From positions 1-33,501 of the forward strand of contig DASVFB010000103.1 of NCBI GenBank assembly GCA_036380275.1: a stretch of DNA of 33,501 nucleotides, written 5' to 3'. The position numbers were made by a program, and so were the translations under genes. This document shows, in pieces, positions 8,305-17,265 of the stretch. Numbering within the stretch: the stretch's first letter is position 1; each line of letters begins with the position of its first letter. Under the pieces are notes generated by a model, which made no database searches, was not told the DNA's origin, and saw only the letters and a list, made by a program, of their open reading frames with translations. This DNA comes from Gaiellaceae bacterium (GTDB lineage Bacteria; Actinomycetota; Thermoleophilia; Gaiellales; Gaiellaceae).

Positions 8305-9689
8305 GAGTTAGGCAGCACCAGTTCGAATGTCGAGCCGTGACCGACCTCAGTTTCAAGATCGATGCGCCCACCTAGCGCGTGCGCGAGCTCGTTCGCGATC
8401 GCGAGCCCGAGTCCGGTGCCGCGGCCGTCGCGCGACCAGAACGGACGAAAGATCCGCTCTTGCTCCTCGATCGTGATCCCTGGGCCGGTGTCGGCTACCG
8501 ACACCGCGATCGCACCGTTCGCTTGAGTGAGGCCGAGCTCGATCCGGCCACCGTCGGGCGTCCACCGGAACGCGTTCGACAGCAGGTTCGTGATGATCTG
8601 TAGGACGCGGTCGCCGTCAGTGATGAGCACCGGGCTGGCGCTGAGCGCGCTGCGGTAGTCGATCCCACGGCGCCTCGCCTCTTCGTGGAACGTGGTGTAG
8701 GCGCGCTCGACGAGATGCTCCATGTCGACCTCCTCCTGCAGCACGGTGAAGCGGCGCGCGTCGAGCTTCGCCAGGTCGAGTACGTCGCCGACGAGCCGCG
8801 AAAGCCGCTCCGTCTCCTCGGAGACGATGTCGAGGGAAGCCGCGCGGGCCTCCTCGTCCTCGACGAGCCCCTCGCTCAACGCAGCCACGTGGCCGCGAAT
8901 CGCCGTCAGTGGCGTCCGGAGCTCGTGCGAGACGGACATCAAGAAGTTCCGCTCGAGCTGCTCGGCCTCGCTCAGCCGCCGTGCCATCTCACGGAAGCGA
9001 TCCGCGAGCAAGCTGACCTCGTTCCCGCCCGGCACCGAAGGGACCGCGACGTCGTAGTTGCCCTGCGCGACCTCGTCCGCGGCGCGCGAGAGCTCGAGCA
9101 CAGGCTTCGTGACACGCCGGGAGAGGTACGCAGCGAGCACGAGCGCGACCACGAGCCCGCCGAGCAGAGCCAACGCGAGCCGCTCGAGCAGCGGCACGAC
9201 GCGTGTCAGGAGCTGGTCCTTCGGCTTCGTGACGACGAGCGCCCCGACGAACACGGAGTCGCCGCGCTTGCCGAGATTCAGCGGCCGCGCAACCGCGAGC
9301 CATGTCTTGTCCGAGCCCGGAGGCTTGAGGTCGAACTGGAGCGGGCGCCCGTTGGAAAGCGCGGCGAAGTCGATCGCGCTCTTCGGCAGCCGGCGCAGAT
9401 TGGGACCGGGGCCGGGGAACAGGTCGATGCCCGGATCGACCGGAACGAAGTAGATGCGGTCGCCGGTCGCCGCTTCGAGCTGCGGGGCCGGAACCGGCTC
9501 GTTCGATCCGCTCGCCTGCTTGGCGTAGAGGCGCGTCAGTCCCGCCGACTCCCGCCGCAGGTCGGCCCGCGCGCGGCCGAGGGTGTACGACGAGAGCAGC
9601 TGGAACGCGACCGAAGCGGCGACGAGCCCGAAGATGATCACCCCGGCGAGGAACAGGGCCGGAAGCTGGAAGCGCAGTGAGCGGAACAT
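8301..9689 (-). CDS. Sensor histidine kinase (2 TM, HAMP, HisKA, HATPase_c)
   Basis: SVSHELRTPLTAIRGH (H-box), NLLSNAFRWT (N-box), DTGPGI and GTGLGLAI (G-boxes). The start is set at ATG 9689, which is preceded by GGGAGG. Confidence 0.88.
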   Translation of the reverse strand: MFRSLRFQLPALFLAGVIIFGLVAASVAFQLLSSYTLGRARADLRRESAGLTRLYAKQASGSNEPVPAPQLEAATGDRIYFVPVDPGIDLFPGPGPNLRRLPKSAIDFAALSNGRPLQFDLKPPGSDKTWLAVARPLNLGKRGDSVFVGALVVTKPKDQLLTRVVPLLERLALALLGGLVVALVLAAYLSRRVTKPVLELSRAADEVAQGNYDVAVPSVPGGNEVSLLADRFREMARRLSEAEQLERNFLMSVSHELRTPLTAIRGHVAALSEGLVEDEEARAASLDIVSEETERLSRLVGDVLDLAKLDARRFTVLQEEVDMEHLVERAYTTFHEEARRRGIDYRSALSASPVLITDGDRVLQIITNLLSNAFRWTPDGGRIELGLTQANGAIAVSVADTGPGITIEEQERIFRPFWSRDGRGTGLGLAIANELAHALGGRIDLETEVGHGSTFELVLPNS

Positions 9690-9775
9690 GCCCGCCTCCC
9701 GGTTTAGTGCGTCACCCAGCAACGCCTTCCGTCTTCTGGCCCGCTATCACGCAGCGCGCTGGGGCGTCCTCGGTC

Positions 9776-9801
9776 GCCCCCATAGGTATGCCTATGGGGG
9801 C
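9776..9801. other. Strong hairpin in the regulator-kinase intercistronic spacer
   Basis: GCCCCCATAGG-TATG-CCTATGGGGGC has 11-bp perfect arms and a 4-nt loop. No U-tract follows on either strand. Confidence 0.6.
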
Positions 9802-9867
9802 TCCCTGCGTCCTTCCATCGCTTGGTGCTAGCGACCCAGAAGCTCGGGAGCGTTGCTGGACGGGGCA

Positions 9868-10584
9868 CTAGCTACTACTCGGTGCCGGCTCGCGCGCGGG
9901 CGAGACTTTGTAGCCGACGCCCCAGACGGTGACGATCGGCGACGCGTCGCCGAGCTTGCGGCGCACCTGGCGAACGTGCACGTCGACCGTGCGCGTGTCG
10001 CCCGCAAACGTGTATCCCCACACACGCTCGAGCAGCTGGTCGCGCGTCAGCACGAGTCCGCGGTGATCGAGCAGCTCCCACAGCAGATCGAACTCTTTCG
10101 GCGCAAGTTGCACCTCTTCGTCTTCGACGCGCACCTCACGGCGCCCTGCGTCGACGACGAGGTCTCCGTGCTGGATCACGGCCGTCTCGAGGTCCTTGCG
10201 GTCGGTTGTCGAGCGGCGCAGCACCGACTTCACGCGTGCGACGAGCTCCCTCGGGTTGAACGGCTTGGTCAGGTAGTCGTCAGCGCCGACCTCGAGCCCG
10301 ATGATCTTGTCGACGTCCTCGTCGCGCGCCGTCAGCATCAGGATCGGCACGTCACCGGTCTTGCGGATGCGCCGGCAGACCTCAATGCCGTCGATGTCCG
10401 GGAGGTTCAGGTCGAGCACGATCAGCGCCGGGGCCTTCGACATCACCTGCGCGAGCGCCTCCCCGCCCGTCGCAGCGGTCCGAACCGTATAGCCCGCGTT
10501 CTTGAGGTAGAGCGAGACGAACGACGCGATCGACGCCTCGTCCTCGACGACCAGAATTGCCTGGCTCTTCCCTGTATCCACCAC
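9868..10584 (-). CDS. OmpR/PhoB-family response regulator
   Basis: 238 aa with the receiver signature ILVVEDE...LDLNLPDIDG...LTAR and a winged-helix output domain (LTPKEFDLL-like KEFDLLWELL, VDVHVRQVRRKL, TVWGVGYK). Confidence 0.9.
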   Translation of the reverse strand: MVDTGKSQAILVVEDEASIASFVSLYLKNAGYTVRTAATGGEALAQVMSKAPALIVLDLNLPDIDGIEVCRRIRKTGDVPILMLTARDEDVDKIIGLEVGADDYLTKPFNPRELVARVKSVLRRSTTDRKDLETAVIQHGDLVVDAGRREVRVEDEEVQLAPKEFDLLWELLDHRGLVLTRDQLLERVWGYTFAGDTRTVDVHVRQVRRKLGDASPIVTVWGVGYKVSPAREPAPSSS

Positions 10585-10615
10585 GATCAGAGTGCCAGAT
10601 GCGTAGCTGGGACGG

Positions 10616-11137
10616 TCAGCCGCCCGCGCTGGAGGGCGGCGCAGCGAGCGGGAACGTGAGCCCGTAAGGCGGGAAGGCCTCGGGTGCGCCGCCGTTCACG
10701 GCGTACGAGGCGTCGTTGTTCGCGCCGTTGCCCTTGGCGATCGACCCGTTGAGCGTGACCATGCCCCGGCCGACTGCCGAGAGGTCGATATCCGTGCCGA
10801 AGACGTTGACGGTGAACGCTCCGCCGATGATCCTGAAGCGGATGTTGGAACCGCTGTAGCGCGTCGTCTTCTCGCCGAGGGCCTCCACGCGGTCCGCGCC
10901 CGTGACGATCGGCCCCGTGCCGTCGTAGGGGTTCGGGTCCTTGACTGTGACCTGGCCCCTGTCGAAGCGGCCGATCACGGCTCCTTTGCTGACGATCACA
11001 ACGCGGCCGTCTGCGTTCTTCACAGAGAGCGCACCGTCGTTTGGGCCGCCGGGGCGTGCGGAGGCAGCGCCGGCCATCACCAGCGCTGCGAGCAGCCCGA
11101 AAGAAGCGAAGTACTTCACCGCGACTTGATTATCCAC
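10616..11137 (-). CDS. Secreted hypothetical protein (Sec signal peptide)
   Basis: (M)KYFASFGLLAALVMAGAASA is followed by a Gly/Asn/Val-rich beta-type sequence. The start is either GTG 11137 or GTG 11119. It is the first gene of the two-component operon. Confidence 0.55.
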   Translation of the reverse strand: MDNQVAVKYFASFGLLAALVMAGAASARPGGPNDGALSVKNADGRVVIVSKGAVIGRFDRGQVTVKDPNPYDGTGPIVTGADRVEALGEKTTRYSGSNIRFRIIGGAFTVNVFGTDIDLSAVGRGMVTLNGSIAKGNGANNDASYAVNGGAPEAFPPYGLTFPLAAPPSSAGG

Positions 11138-11209
11138 AGCCCAGGTGTGCGTGGGTTGAAAGGAAGGTTAGCGAAATGTAAGGGCCGAACCGTGGCTTAG
11201 AGTCGGCGG

Positions 11210-12442
11210 ATGCACGAGGTCCACGACTTCGGACTGATCGTGCTTCTCGTGTCGACCGGGTTCGCGCTGGCGGTGGTGTCGAGTCGGCTAAGCGAGCGGC
11301 TCCGAGTCCCCGGTCCGGCCATCTTCCTGATCGCCGCGGCCCTGCTCGCGGACGCGTTTCCTTCGCTCGCGGACGCCCTGTCGATTCGCACCGTCGAGCG
11401 GATCGGCGTAGTCGCCCTCGCCGTGATCCTCTTCGACGGCGGCACCCGCATCGGGCTGCGCAGGTTCCGCACGGCGGCTGTGCCCATCCTCTCGCTCGGC
11501 ATCGTGGGCACGTTCGCGACCGCCGGGCTGACGACGCTCGCGGCGCACTGGCTGCTCGGCTTCTCCTGGATCACGTCCGGGCTGATCGGGGCCGCAATCG
11601 CGCCCACAGATCCTGCCGTGATGTTCTCGGTGCTCGGACGCCGCGAGGTGTCTGGGCGCACCGGGACGATCCTCGAAGCGGAGTCGGGCGCGAACGATCC
11701 GGTCGGCATCGCGCTCATGATCGGAATGATCGAGTTCGCGACGTCCGACAACGGAACGACGTGGACGATCGTTCGCGAATTCGTGCTCGAGATGTCGATC
11801 GGTCTCCTTCTGGGCGTCGTCGGCGCGTACGGTCTGTTGCTCGCGTTGCGCCTGCTGCCGCTGCCCGCCGAAGGGCTCTATCCACTGCTCAATCTCGCGG
11901 CCGCCGGCGTCATTTACGGCCTGGCATCGACGCTGCACGGCTCGGGCTTCCTCGCCGTCTTCGTCGCCGGCATCCTCGTCGGCGACGAACGCACGCCGTA
12001 CAAGGAGGAGGTCGAGTCGTTCTTCACCTCGCTCGCGAGCCTCGCGGAGATCGTCATGTTCGTCGCGCTCGGCCTGACCATCGACTTCACCGATCTCCCC
12101 GCGTCGGCGTGGAGCGACGGTGTCGTGCTCGCCGTCGTCGTCGCGCTCGTCGCCCGTCCGCTCGTCGTCTGGACGCTCCTCCTCCCCACGCGCCTGCGCG
12201 TCGGGGAGCGGCTGTTCGTCGCCTGGGGCGGCCTGAAAGGCGCTGTGCCGATCTTCCTCGCCGCGCTCGCGATCCTCGCCGGCGTCGACGACGCAGACCG
12301 GATCTACGGAATCGTCTTCGTCGTCGTGGCTCTCTCGGTCGTCATCCAGGGCTCGACGATCCCACTGGCCGCCTCGCTCGCGGGCGTGCCGATGCGGCTG
12401 ATTCGGCGCCAGCCGCTCGAGCGGCCGTCTCAGTACGAGTAG
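11210..12442 (+). CDS. CPA1-family cation(K+/Na+):proton antiporter (NhaP2/CvrA-like membrane domain)
   Basis: 410 aa with about 12 TM segments and the conserved EAESGANDPVGIAL motif. Confidence 0.8.
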   Translation: MHEVHDFGLIVLLVSTGFALAVVSSRLSERLRVPGPAIFLIAAALLADAFPSLADALSIRTVERIGVVALAVILFDGGTRIGLRRFRTAAVPILSLGIVGTFATAGLTTLAAHWLLGFSWITSGLIGAAIAPTDPAVMFSVLGRREVSGRTGTILEAESGANDPVGIALMIGMIEFATSDNGTTWTIVREFVLEMSIGLLLGVVGAYGLLLALRLLPLPAEGLYPLLNLAAAGVIYGLASTLHGSGFLAVFVAGILVGDERTPYKEEVESFFTSLASLAEIVMFVALGLTIDFTDLPASAWSDGVVLAVVVALVARPLVVWTLLLPTRLRVGERLFVAWGGLKGAVPIFLAALAILAGVDDADRIYGIVFVVVALSVVIQGSTIPLAASLAGVPMRLIRRQPLERPSQYE

Positions 12443-13269
12443 AAGCCCTCGCCCGTCTTGCGCCCGAGTTTCCCTTCGCGCCGCATTTGCACGAGACGCT
12501 CGGGCGGCGCCATCCGCAGCTCGCCAAGCTGCGCGTGCAACGCCTCCGACGCGTGGACGTGCACGTCGATGCCAACGAGATCGACGAGCGCGCACGGCCC
12601 CATCGGCCAGCCGGCGCCGTTGGTCATCGCCGTGTCGAGATCCTCGGGCGTTACGCCGGATTCGTCGAGGACGCGGACGCAGTCGTTGAGCAGCGGAATG
12701 AGGATCCGGTTGACGATAAACCCAGGCGTGTCGTTGCAGTTCACCGGCCGCTTGCCCGCCTGCTCGGCCCATTCGTAGGCTGTCCGGACGGCGTCGTCGC
12801 CCGAACCGCGTGCTCGCACGATCTCGACGAGCGGCAGAACGGGCGCCGGGTTGAAGAAGTGCATCCCGACGACGCGCTCGGGGTGCTCCGTCGCCTCGGC
12901 GATGTCGGAGACGGACAAGGCGGACGTGTTCGTCGCGAGCACCGCGTCCGGCCGCGTGATCCGGTCGAGCTCCGCGAACAGCTCACGCTTTGGCTCCAGC
13001 TCCTCGACGATCGCCTCGATCACGAGATCGCAAGCGGCCAGATCGGCCAAATCCGTCGTGAGCTCGAGCCGGGCGAGCGCCGCATCCCGCTCCTCGGCGG
13101 TCATCCGGCCCTTCTCGACCGCGCGGCCGAGGTAGCGCTCGATCGTCTCGCGGGCGCGGGCGGCGAGCTCCGAGTTCACCTCGCGGCCGACCGTGTCGTG
13201 CCCGGCGGTCACGCTGATCTGCGCGATTCCCGCTCCCATCGTGCCGAGCCCGACGACGCCGACCTTCAC
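12430..13269 (-). CDS. 3-hydroxybutyryl-CoA / 3-hydroxyacyl-CoA dehydrogenase
   Basis: VKVGVVGLGTMGAGIAQ (Rossmann fold), TNTSALS, HFFNPAPVLPLVE and PGFIVNRIL. The start is set at GTG 13269 and the upstream 50 codons in the track are rejected. Confidence 0.88.
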   Translation of the reverse strand: MKVGVVGLGTMGAGIAQISVTAGHDTVGREVNSELAARARETIERYLGRAVEKGRMTAEERDAALARLELTTDLADLAACDLVIEAIVEELEPKRELFAELDRITRPDAVLATNTSALSVSDIAEATEHPERVVGMHFFNPAPVLPLVEIVRARGSGDDAVRTAYEWAEQAGKRPVNCNDTPGFIVNRILIPLLNDCVRVLDESGVTPEDLDTAMTNGAGWPMGPCALVDLVGIDVHVHASEALHAQLGELRMAPPERLVQMRREGKLGRKTGEGFYSY

Positions 13270-13278
13270 GCGTCGATT

Positions 13279-13428
13279 ATGGAAGAGACCGCGGCCCGCG
13301 CGCGTCGTGTAGCCATGAAGCTTGTTCTCGTCGCCGCGTTCTTGTTGCTGCTGCTCGCGGTATGCGGGGCGCTGGTCGATGCCGCACGCGGCCGGCGCCC
13401 CGCCCTCGCCCGCCGGCACCTGGACTGA
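13279..13428 (+). CDS. Possible small membrane protein (49 aa, or 37 aa from ATG 13315)
   Basis: MEETAARARRVAMKLVLVAAFLLLLLAVCGALVDAARGRRPALARRHLD. It has one hydrophobic helix flanked by Arg and high GC3. It lies in the 174-bp gap between two minus-strand genes. No clear RBS was seen. Confidence 0.25.
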   Translation: MEETAARARRVAMKLVLVAAFLLLLLAVCGALVDAARGRRPALARRHLD

Positions 13429-13443
13429 CGAGCAGCCGGCGCG

Positions 13444-14070
13444 TCACGGCTTGCGCGCGAGGAGCCACATGAAGCTGACCGGCCCGTGACCCGGCTCGTC
13501 GTGCGCGACCACACGGTCCTGCACGAGCTCGAATCCCGCGCGCACGACGAGCTCGCGGTTCGTGTCGGGGTCGAACGACGCGAAGAACATCGGGGCTCCG
13601 AGCCAGTCGTCCTCGACTTCGTCGACGCTGCCGCCGGTGCCCATCGTCGCGAGCAGCCAGCCGCCCAGCCTGAGCCAGCCATGCATGCGCTCGAGCAGCG
13701 GGGCCTGTTCACCGCGTGGGATGTGTCCGAGCACGAAGAGCGACATCACCGCGTCGAAGGACTCCGGCGCAAGCTCGAGCTGTGTTGCATCCGCGACGAT
13801 GAACCGCCCGGACGGAATGCGCCGCCGCGCCCGCTCGATCTGCACCGTCGAGAGATCGACGCCCGTGTAGCGGTGCGCGGCGGCGACGGTCTGAGCAGGT
13901 CGGCGGCCGCCGCCACACCCGAGATCGAGGACGTCCGCATCGCGATCGAGGCGCGACAGCAGCTCGGAGACCCAGGCCAGCTCCGGCGACTCGAACGACG
14001 ACGCCCATTCGTCGTACCGGTCGGCAATCTCGTCGTACCCGGAGCGAACGATCTGCTTCGGATCGGTCAC
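13444..14070 (-). CDS. Class I SAM-dependent methyltransferase
   Basis: DVLDLGCGGG (motif I), plus IADRYDEW and FDAVMSLFVLGHIP. The start is uncertain, either GTG 14070 or TTG 14106. Confidence 0.75.
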   Translation of the reverse strand: MTDPKQIVRSGYDEIADRYDEWASSFESPELAWVSELLSRLDRDADVLDLGCGGGRRPAQTVAAAHRYTGVDLSTVQIERARRRIPSGRFIVADATQLELAPESFDAVMSLFVLGHIPRGEQAPLLERMHGWLRLGGWLLATMGTGGSVDEVEDDWLGAPMFFASFDPDTNRELVVRAGFELVQDRVVAHDEPGHGPVSFMWLLARKP

Positions 14071-14080
14071 GTCGCGTGAA

Positions 14081-15226
14081 TCAGACGCGCTCGACGATCC
14101 CCGCAAGCGCCTGGCCGAAGCCGATGCACATCGTTGCGATGCCGTAGCGCGCGCTGCGACGCTCCAACTCGTCGAGCAGCGTGGCGGTCATGCGCGCGCC
14201 GGTTGCGCCCAACGGGTGGCCGAGGGAGATGCCGCCGCCGTTCGGATTGATGTCGGCCCAGCGGTCTTCGAGGCCCGCGTCGTGCGCGAACTGCAGGACG
14301 ACCGATGCGAACGCCTCGTTCACTTCGATTACCGCGATGTCGTCCCACGTCAGCCCGGCACGCGCAAGCGCCTTTGCGCAGGCCTCGGGGTTGCCGTGGA
14401 GCATGCGATGTGGATCCACACCGGCAAGACCGAACGCGACGAAGCGTGCGCGTGGTTCCAGCCCGAGCCTCGACGCAGCCGTCTTTGACGTTACGAGCAC
14501 GGCGGCGGCGCCGTCGCAGATCTGCGACGAGTTGCCGGCCGTGACTTTGCCCTCCGGCAGGAACGCCGGCTCGAGCGCGGCGAGAGCCTCCGGCGACGTG
14601 TCGCGCCGCGGAGTCTCATCAACAGCCACGAGCGTGCCGACGTGCGGATTCGTCACCTCCACGGGCACGATCTCGTGCTCGAAGCGGCCCTCGTCGATCG
14701 CCGCGATCGCCCGCCGGTGCGATTCGAGCGAGTACGCGTCGAGTTGCTCGCGCGAGAAGCCCCACTCCTCGGCGAGCACTTCGGCCGAGATTCCCTGCGG
14801 GACGATCTGCCAGCGCTCGAGCAGCTTGTCCGAGAGATCGCCGCCGTTCGAGCCCATCGGGACTCGCGACATCATTTCGACGCCCGCGGAAATCACGACG
14901 TCGAGCTGACCCGACCGGATCGCGGCCGCCACGTTGAAGTTCGTCTGCATCGACGATCCGCACTGGCGATCGACGGTCGTGCCGCAGACCGTCTCCGGCC
15001 AGCCGGCGACGAGCGGAACCATCCGGCCGATGTTCCATCCCTGCTCCCCGATTTGCGTTACGCATCCGAGCTGCACGTCCTCGACGTCGCCCGGATCGAG
15101 ATCGTGCCGCGCGACGAGCGCATTCAGCACCTGGCCGGCGAGCTCGTCGCCTCGAACCTTGGAGAGCATCCCGTTCCGCCGTCCGATCGGCGAGCGGACG
15201 GCATCGATGATCAGTGCGTCCGTCAT
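14081..15226 (-). CDS. Acetyl-CoA C-acetyltransferase (thiolase II)
   Basis: MTDALIIDAVRSPIGRRNG..., the active-site region VDRQCGSSMQ, and NEAFA...NPNGGGISLGHPLGATG...CIGFGQ. The start is set at ATG 15226. Confidence 0.9.
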   Translation of the reverse strand: MTDALIIDAVRSPIGRRNGMLSKVRGDELAGQVLNALVARHDLDPGDVEDVQLGCVTQIGEQGWNIGRMVPLVAGWPETVCGTTVDRQCGSSMQTNFNVAAAIRSGQLDVVISAGVEMMSRVPMGSNGGDLSDKLLERWQIVPQGISAEVLAEEWGFSREQLDAYSLESHRRAIAAIDEGRFEHEIVPVEVTNPHVGTLVAVDETPRRDTSPEALAALEPAFLPEGKVTAGNSSQICDGAAAVLVTSKTAASRLGLEPRARFVAFGLAGVDPHRMLHGNPEACAKALARAGLTWDDIAVIEVNEAFASVVLQFAHDAGLEDRWADINPNGGGISLGHPLGATGARMTATLLDELERRSARYGIATMCIGFGQALAGIVERV

Positions 15227-15230
15227 GTGC

Positions 15231-15821
15231 TCATCGTAGGTCGCGCGGGTCGGCCTGGTGCGCGAGCCAGATGCGGCGCGGCCGCAGCGACATGAGCAGC
15301 TGTCCCGACTCGCTCGCGTCGAACAGCTTCCACGTGTAGCCGACGTCGCCGGCGAGCACGACGAGCCCGTCGCCGGTCTCGACCAGAACCGACTGGTGGC
15401 CTGCCGTGTGGCCGGGTGTCGGGAGCACGCGTACACCCGGCGCGATCTCGGCCTCGCCTTCGTGCTCGAAGTACGTCGCGCCGTCGAACTCGACCCACTC
15501 GGCGATTGTGTAATCCGGTTCGCGTGCAGCCGCGCGCTCAATGCGTTGGACATGGATCGGCGTTCCTGCGAAGAGCCGGTTCCCGCCGCAGTGGTCGAAG
15601 TGCAGGTGCGTGTTGATCACGCAGACGACGTCGCGTGGGATCTTGGCCGGATCGAAGCGGATGCCCCACTGCTCGTCGAGCTCGGGCGTCGAATCGATCA
15701 TCCCGGTGTCGACGAGGATGCGCCCGTCCGGATGCTCGATGACGTGGATCGAGTTCGGCCACCGCTCGCCCTCGACGAGCACGTCGCCGTACTGGATCGC
15801 GCAAACGTCGTCGAGCTGCAC
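15231..15821 (-). CDS. MBL-fold metallo-hydrolase (lactonase-like)
   Basis: 196 aa with THLHFDHCGGN (HxHxDH) and TPGHTAGH. Confidence 0.75.
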   Translation of the reverse strand: MQLDDVCAIQYGDVLVEGERWPNSIHVIEHPDGRILVDTGMIDSTPELDEQWGIRFDPAKIPRDVVCVINTHLHFDHCGGNRLFAGTPIHVQRIERAAAREPDYTIAEWVEFDGATYFEHEGEAEIAPGVRVLPTPGHTAGHQSVLVETGDGLVVLAGDVGYTWKLFDASESGQLLMSLRPRRIWLAHQADPRDLR

Positions 15822-15846
15822 CTGTCCAGTTTCCTAGACTTTTGGA

Positions 15847-17265
15847 GTGGCGACAACAGTCACCGAGCGGAAGCTACTCGTCGGCGGCGAGTGGATCGAG
15901 ACCGGCGACTGGCTCGACGTCCGTTCCCCCTACTCCGGCGACGTCGTCAGCCGGGTCGCCAAGGGCGGCACCGAGGAGACCAGGCGCGCGATCGACGCCG
16001 CCGAGCAGGCGATGCGCGAGCCGCTGCCGGCGCACAAGCGCGCCGAGATCCTCGTCAAGGTGGCGGGACAGCTCGGCCGCCGCCACGACGAGGTCGCGAG
16101 GCTGATCTGCGACGAGGCGGGAAAGCCGATGAAGGCTGCCCGCGTCGAGGCGAAGCGCGCGATGTCGACGTTCACCTTCGCAGCAGTCGAGGCACGCAAG
16201 CTCGCGGGCGAGATGGTGCCGATGGACGCGTCGCAGGCCGGTGAGGGAAAGCTCGCATTCACCCTGCGGGTCCCGCGCGGGATCGTGGGCGCGATCTCGC
16301 CGTTCAACTTCCCGTGCAACCTCGTCGCGCACAAGCTCGCACCGTCGCTCGCGGCGGGATGCGCTGTCGTGCTCAAGCCCGCGTCGACGACGCCGCTCTC
16401 GGCGCTCCTGCTCGCGGAGCTGATGACGGAGGCGGGCCTGCCGCCCGGTTGGCTGAGCGTCGTCGCCGGCTCGTCCTCGGAGATCGGCGACGTCCTCATC
16501 GACGACGAGCGCATTGCGGCGCTGACGTTCACCGGCTCGGGCGACGTCGGCTGGAAGCTGAAGGAACGCGCTCCCCGCAAGCATGTCGCGCTGGAGCTCG
16601 GCAACGCGACCCCTGTGATCGTCTGCGCGGACGCCCCGCCCGGCACCCCGGCGAAGCTCGCGGCGAACAGCTTCTCGTTCGCGGGCCAGAGCTGCATTTC
16701 CGTGCAGCGGATCTACTTGCTGGACGACGCGTGGGACGGCTTCGCCCGTGACTTCGTACCGGAGGTCGAGGCCTTGCACGTCGGCGACCCGGCGGACGAG
16801 GAGACGGACGTCGGCCCCGTGATCGACGACGACGCGCGCGAGCGCATCCTCTCGTGGATCGAGGAGTCCGGCGGCGAGGTACTGACCGGCGGCTTCGCGA
16901 CCGAGGATGGGCTGATCCGGCCGACCGTGATCGCGAACCCGTCGCCCGACGCGAAGGTCTCGTGCGAAGAGGTCTTCGGCCCCGTGGTGACCCTGACGTG
17001 CACGAGCTCGCTCGAGGAGGCGATCGAGGGGGCGAACTCGACCCGCTACGGGCTCCAGGCCGGGATCTTCACCGGTGACCTTCACGCGGCGCTCGCGGCG
17101 GCTCACGGACTCGAGTTCGGCGGCGTCGTCATCAACGAGGCGCCGACCTTCCGCGCCGATCAGATGCCCTACGGCGGCGTCAAGGCTTCCGGGAACACGC
17201 GGGAAGGCCCTGCTTACGCAGTCCGCGAGCTCACGGAAGATCGACTGGTCGTGATTCAGCTTTGA
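15847..17265 (+). CDS. NAD(P)-dependent aldehyde dehydrogenase family protein
   Basis: 472 aa with SPFNFP, LKPAS, TFTGS, ALELGN and GQSCIS (catalytic Cys region), plus EEVFGPV. Confidence 0.88.
   Translation: MATTVTERKLLVGGEWIETGDWLDVRSPYSGDVVSRVAKGGTEETRRAIDAAEQAMREPLPAHKRAEILVKVAGQLGRRHDEVARLICDEAGKPMKAARVEAKRAMSTFTFAAVEARKLAGEMVPMDASQAGEGKLAFTLRVPRGIVGAISPFNFPCNLVAHKLAPSLAAGCAVVLKPASTTPLSALLLAELMTEAGLPPGWLSVVAGSSSEIGDVLIDDERIAALTFTGSGDVGWKLKERAPRKHVALELGNATPVIVCADAPPGTPAKLAANSFSFAGQSCISVQRIYLLDDAWDGFARDFVPEVEALHVGDPADEETDVGPVIDDDARERILSWIEESGGEVLTGGFATEDGLIRPTVIANPSPDAKVSCEEVFGPVVTLTCTSSLEEAIEGANSTRYGLQAGIFTGDLHAALAAAHGLEFGGVVINEAPTFRADQMPYGGVKASGNTREGPAYAVRELTEDRLVVIQL

Noticed and set aside
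11138-11209. Divergent intergenic region checked for a riboswitch upstream of the cation antiporter.
   Set aside because: It is only 72 nt long and has no recognisable conserved riboswitch core or extended pairing.
11288-13428. Long ORFs 11288-12772 (minus) and 11761-13428 (plus).
   Set aside because: They are out of frame with, or antisense to, the antiporter and 3-hydroxyacyl-CoA dehydrogenase genes. Both are extremely Arg/Asp-rich with no motifs. I kept only the last roughly 49 codons of the plus ORF, as a low-confidence small ORF.
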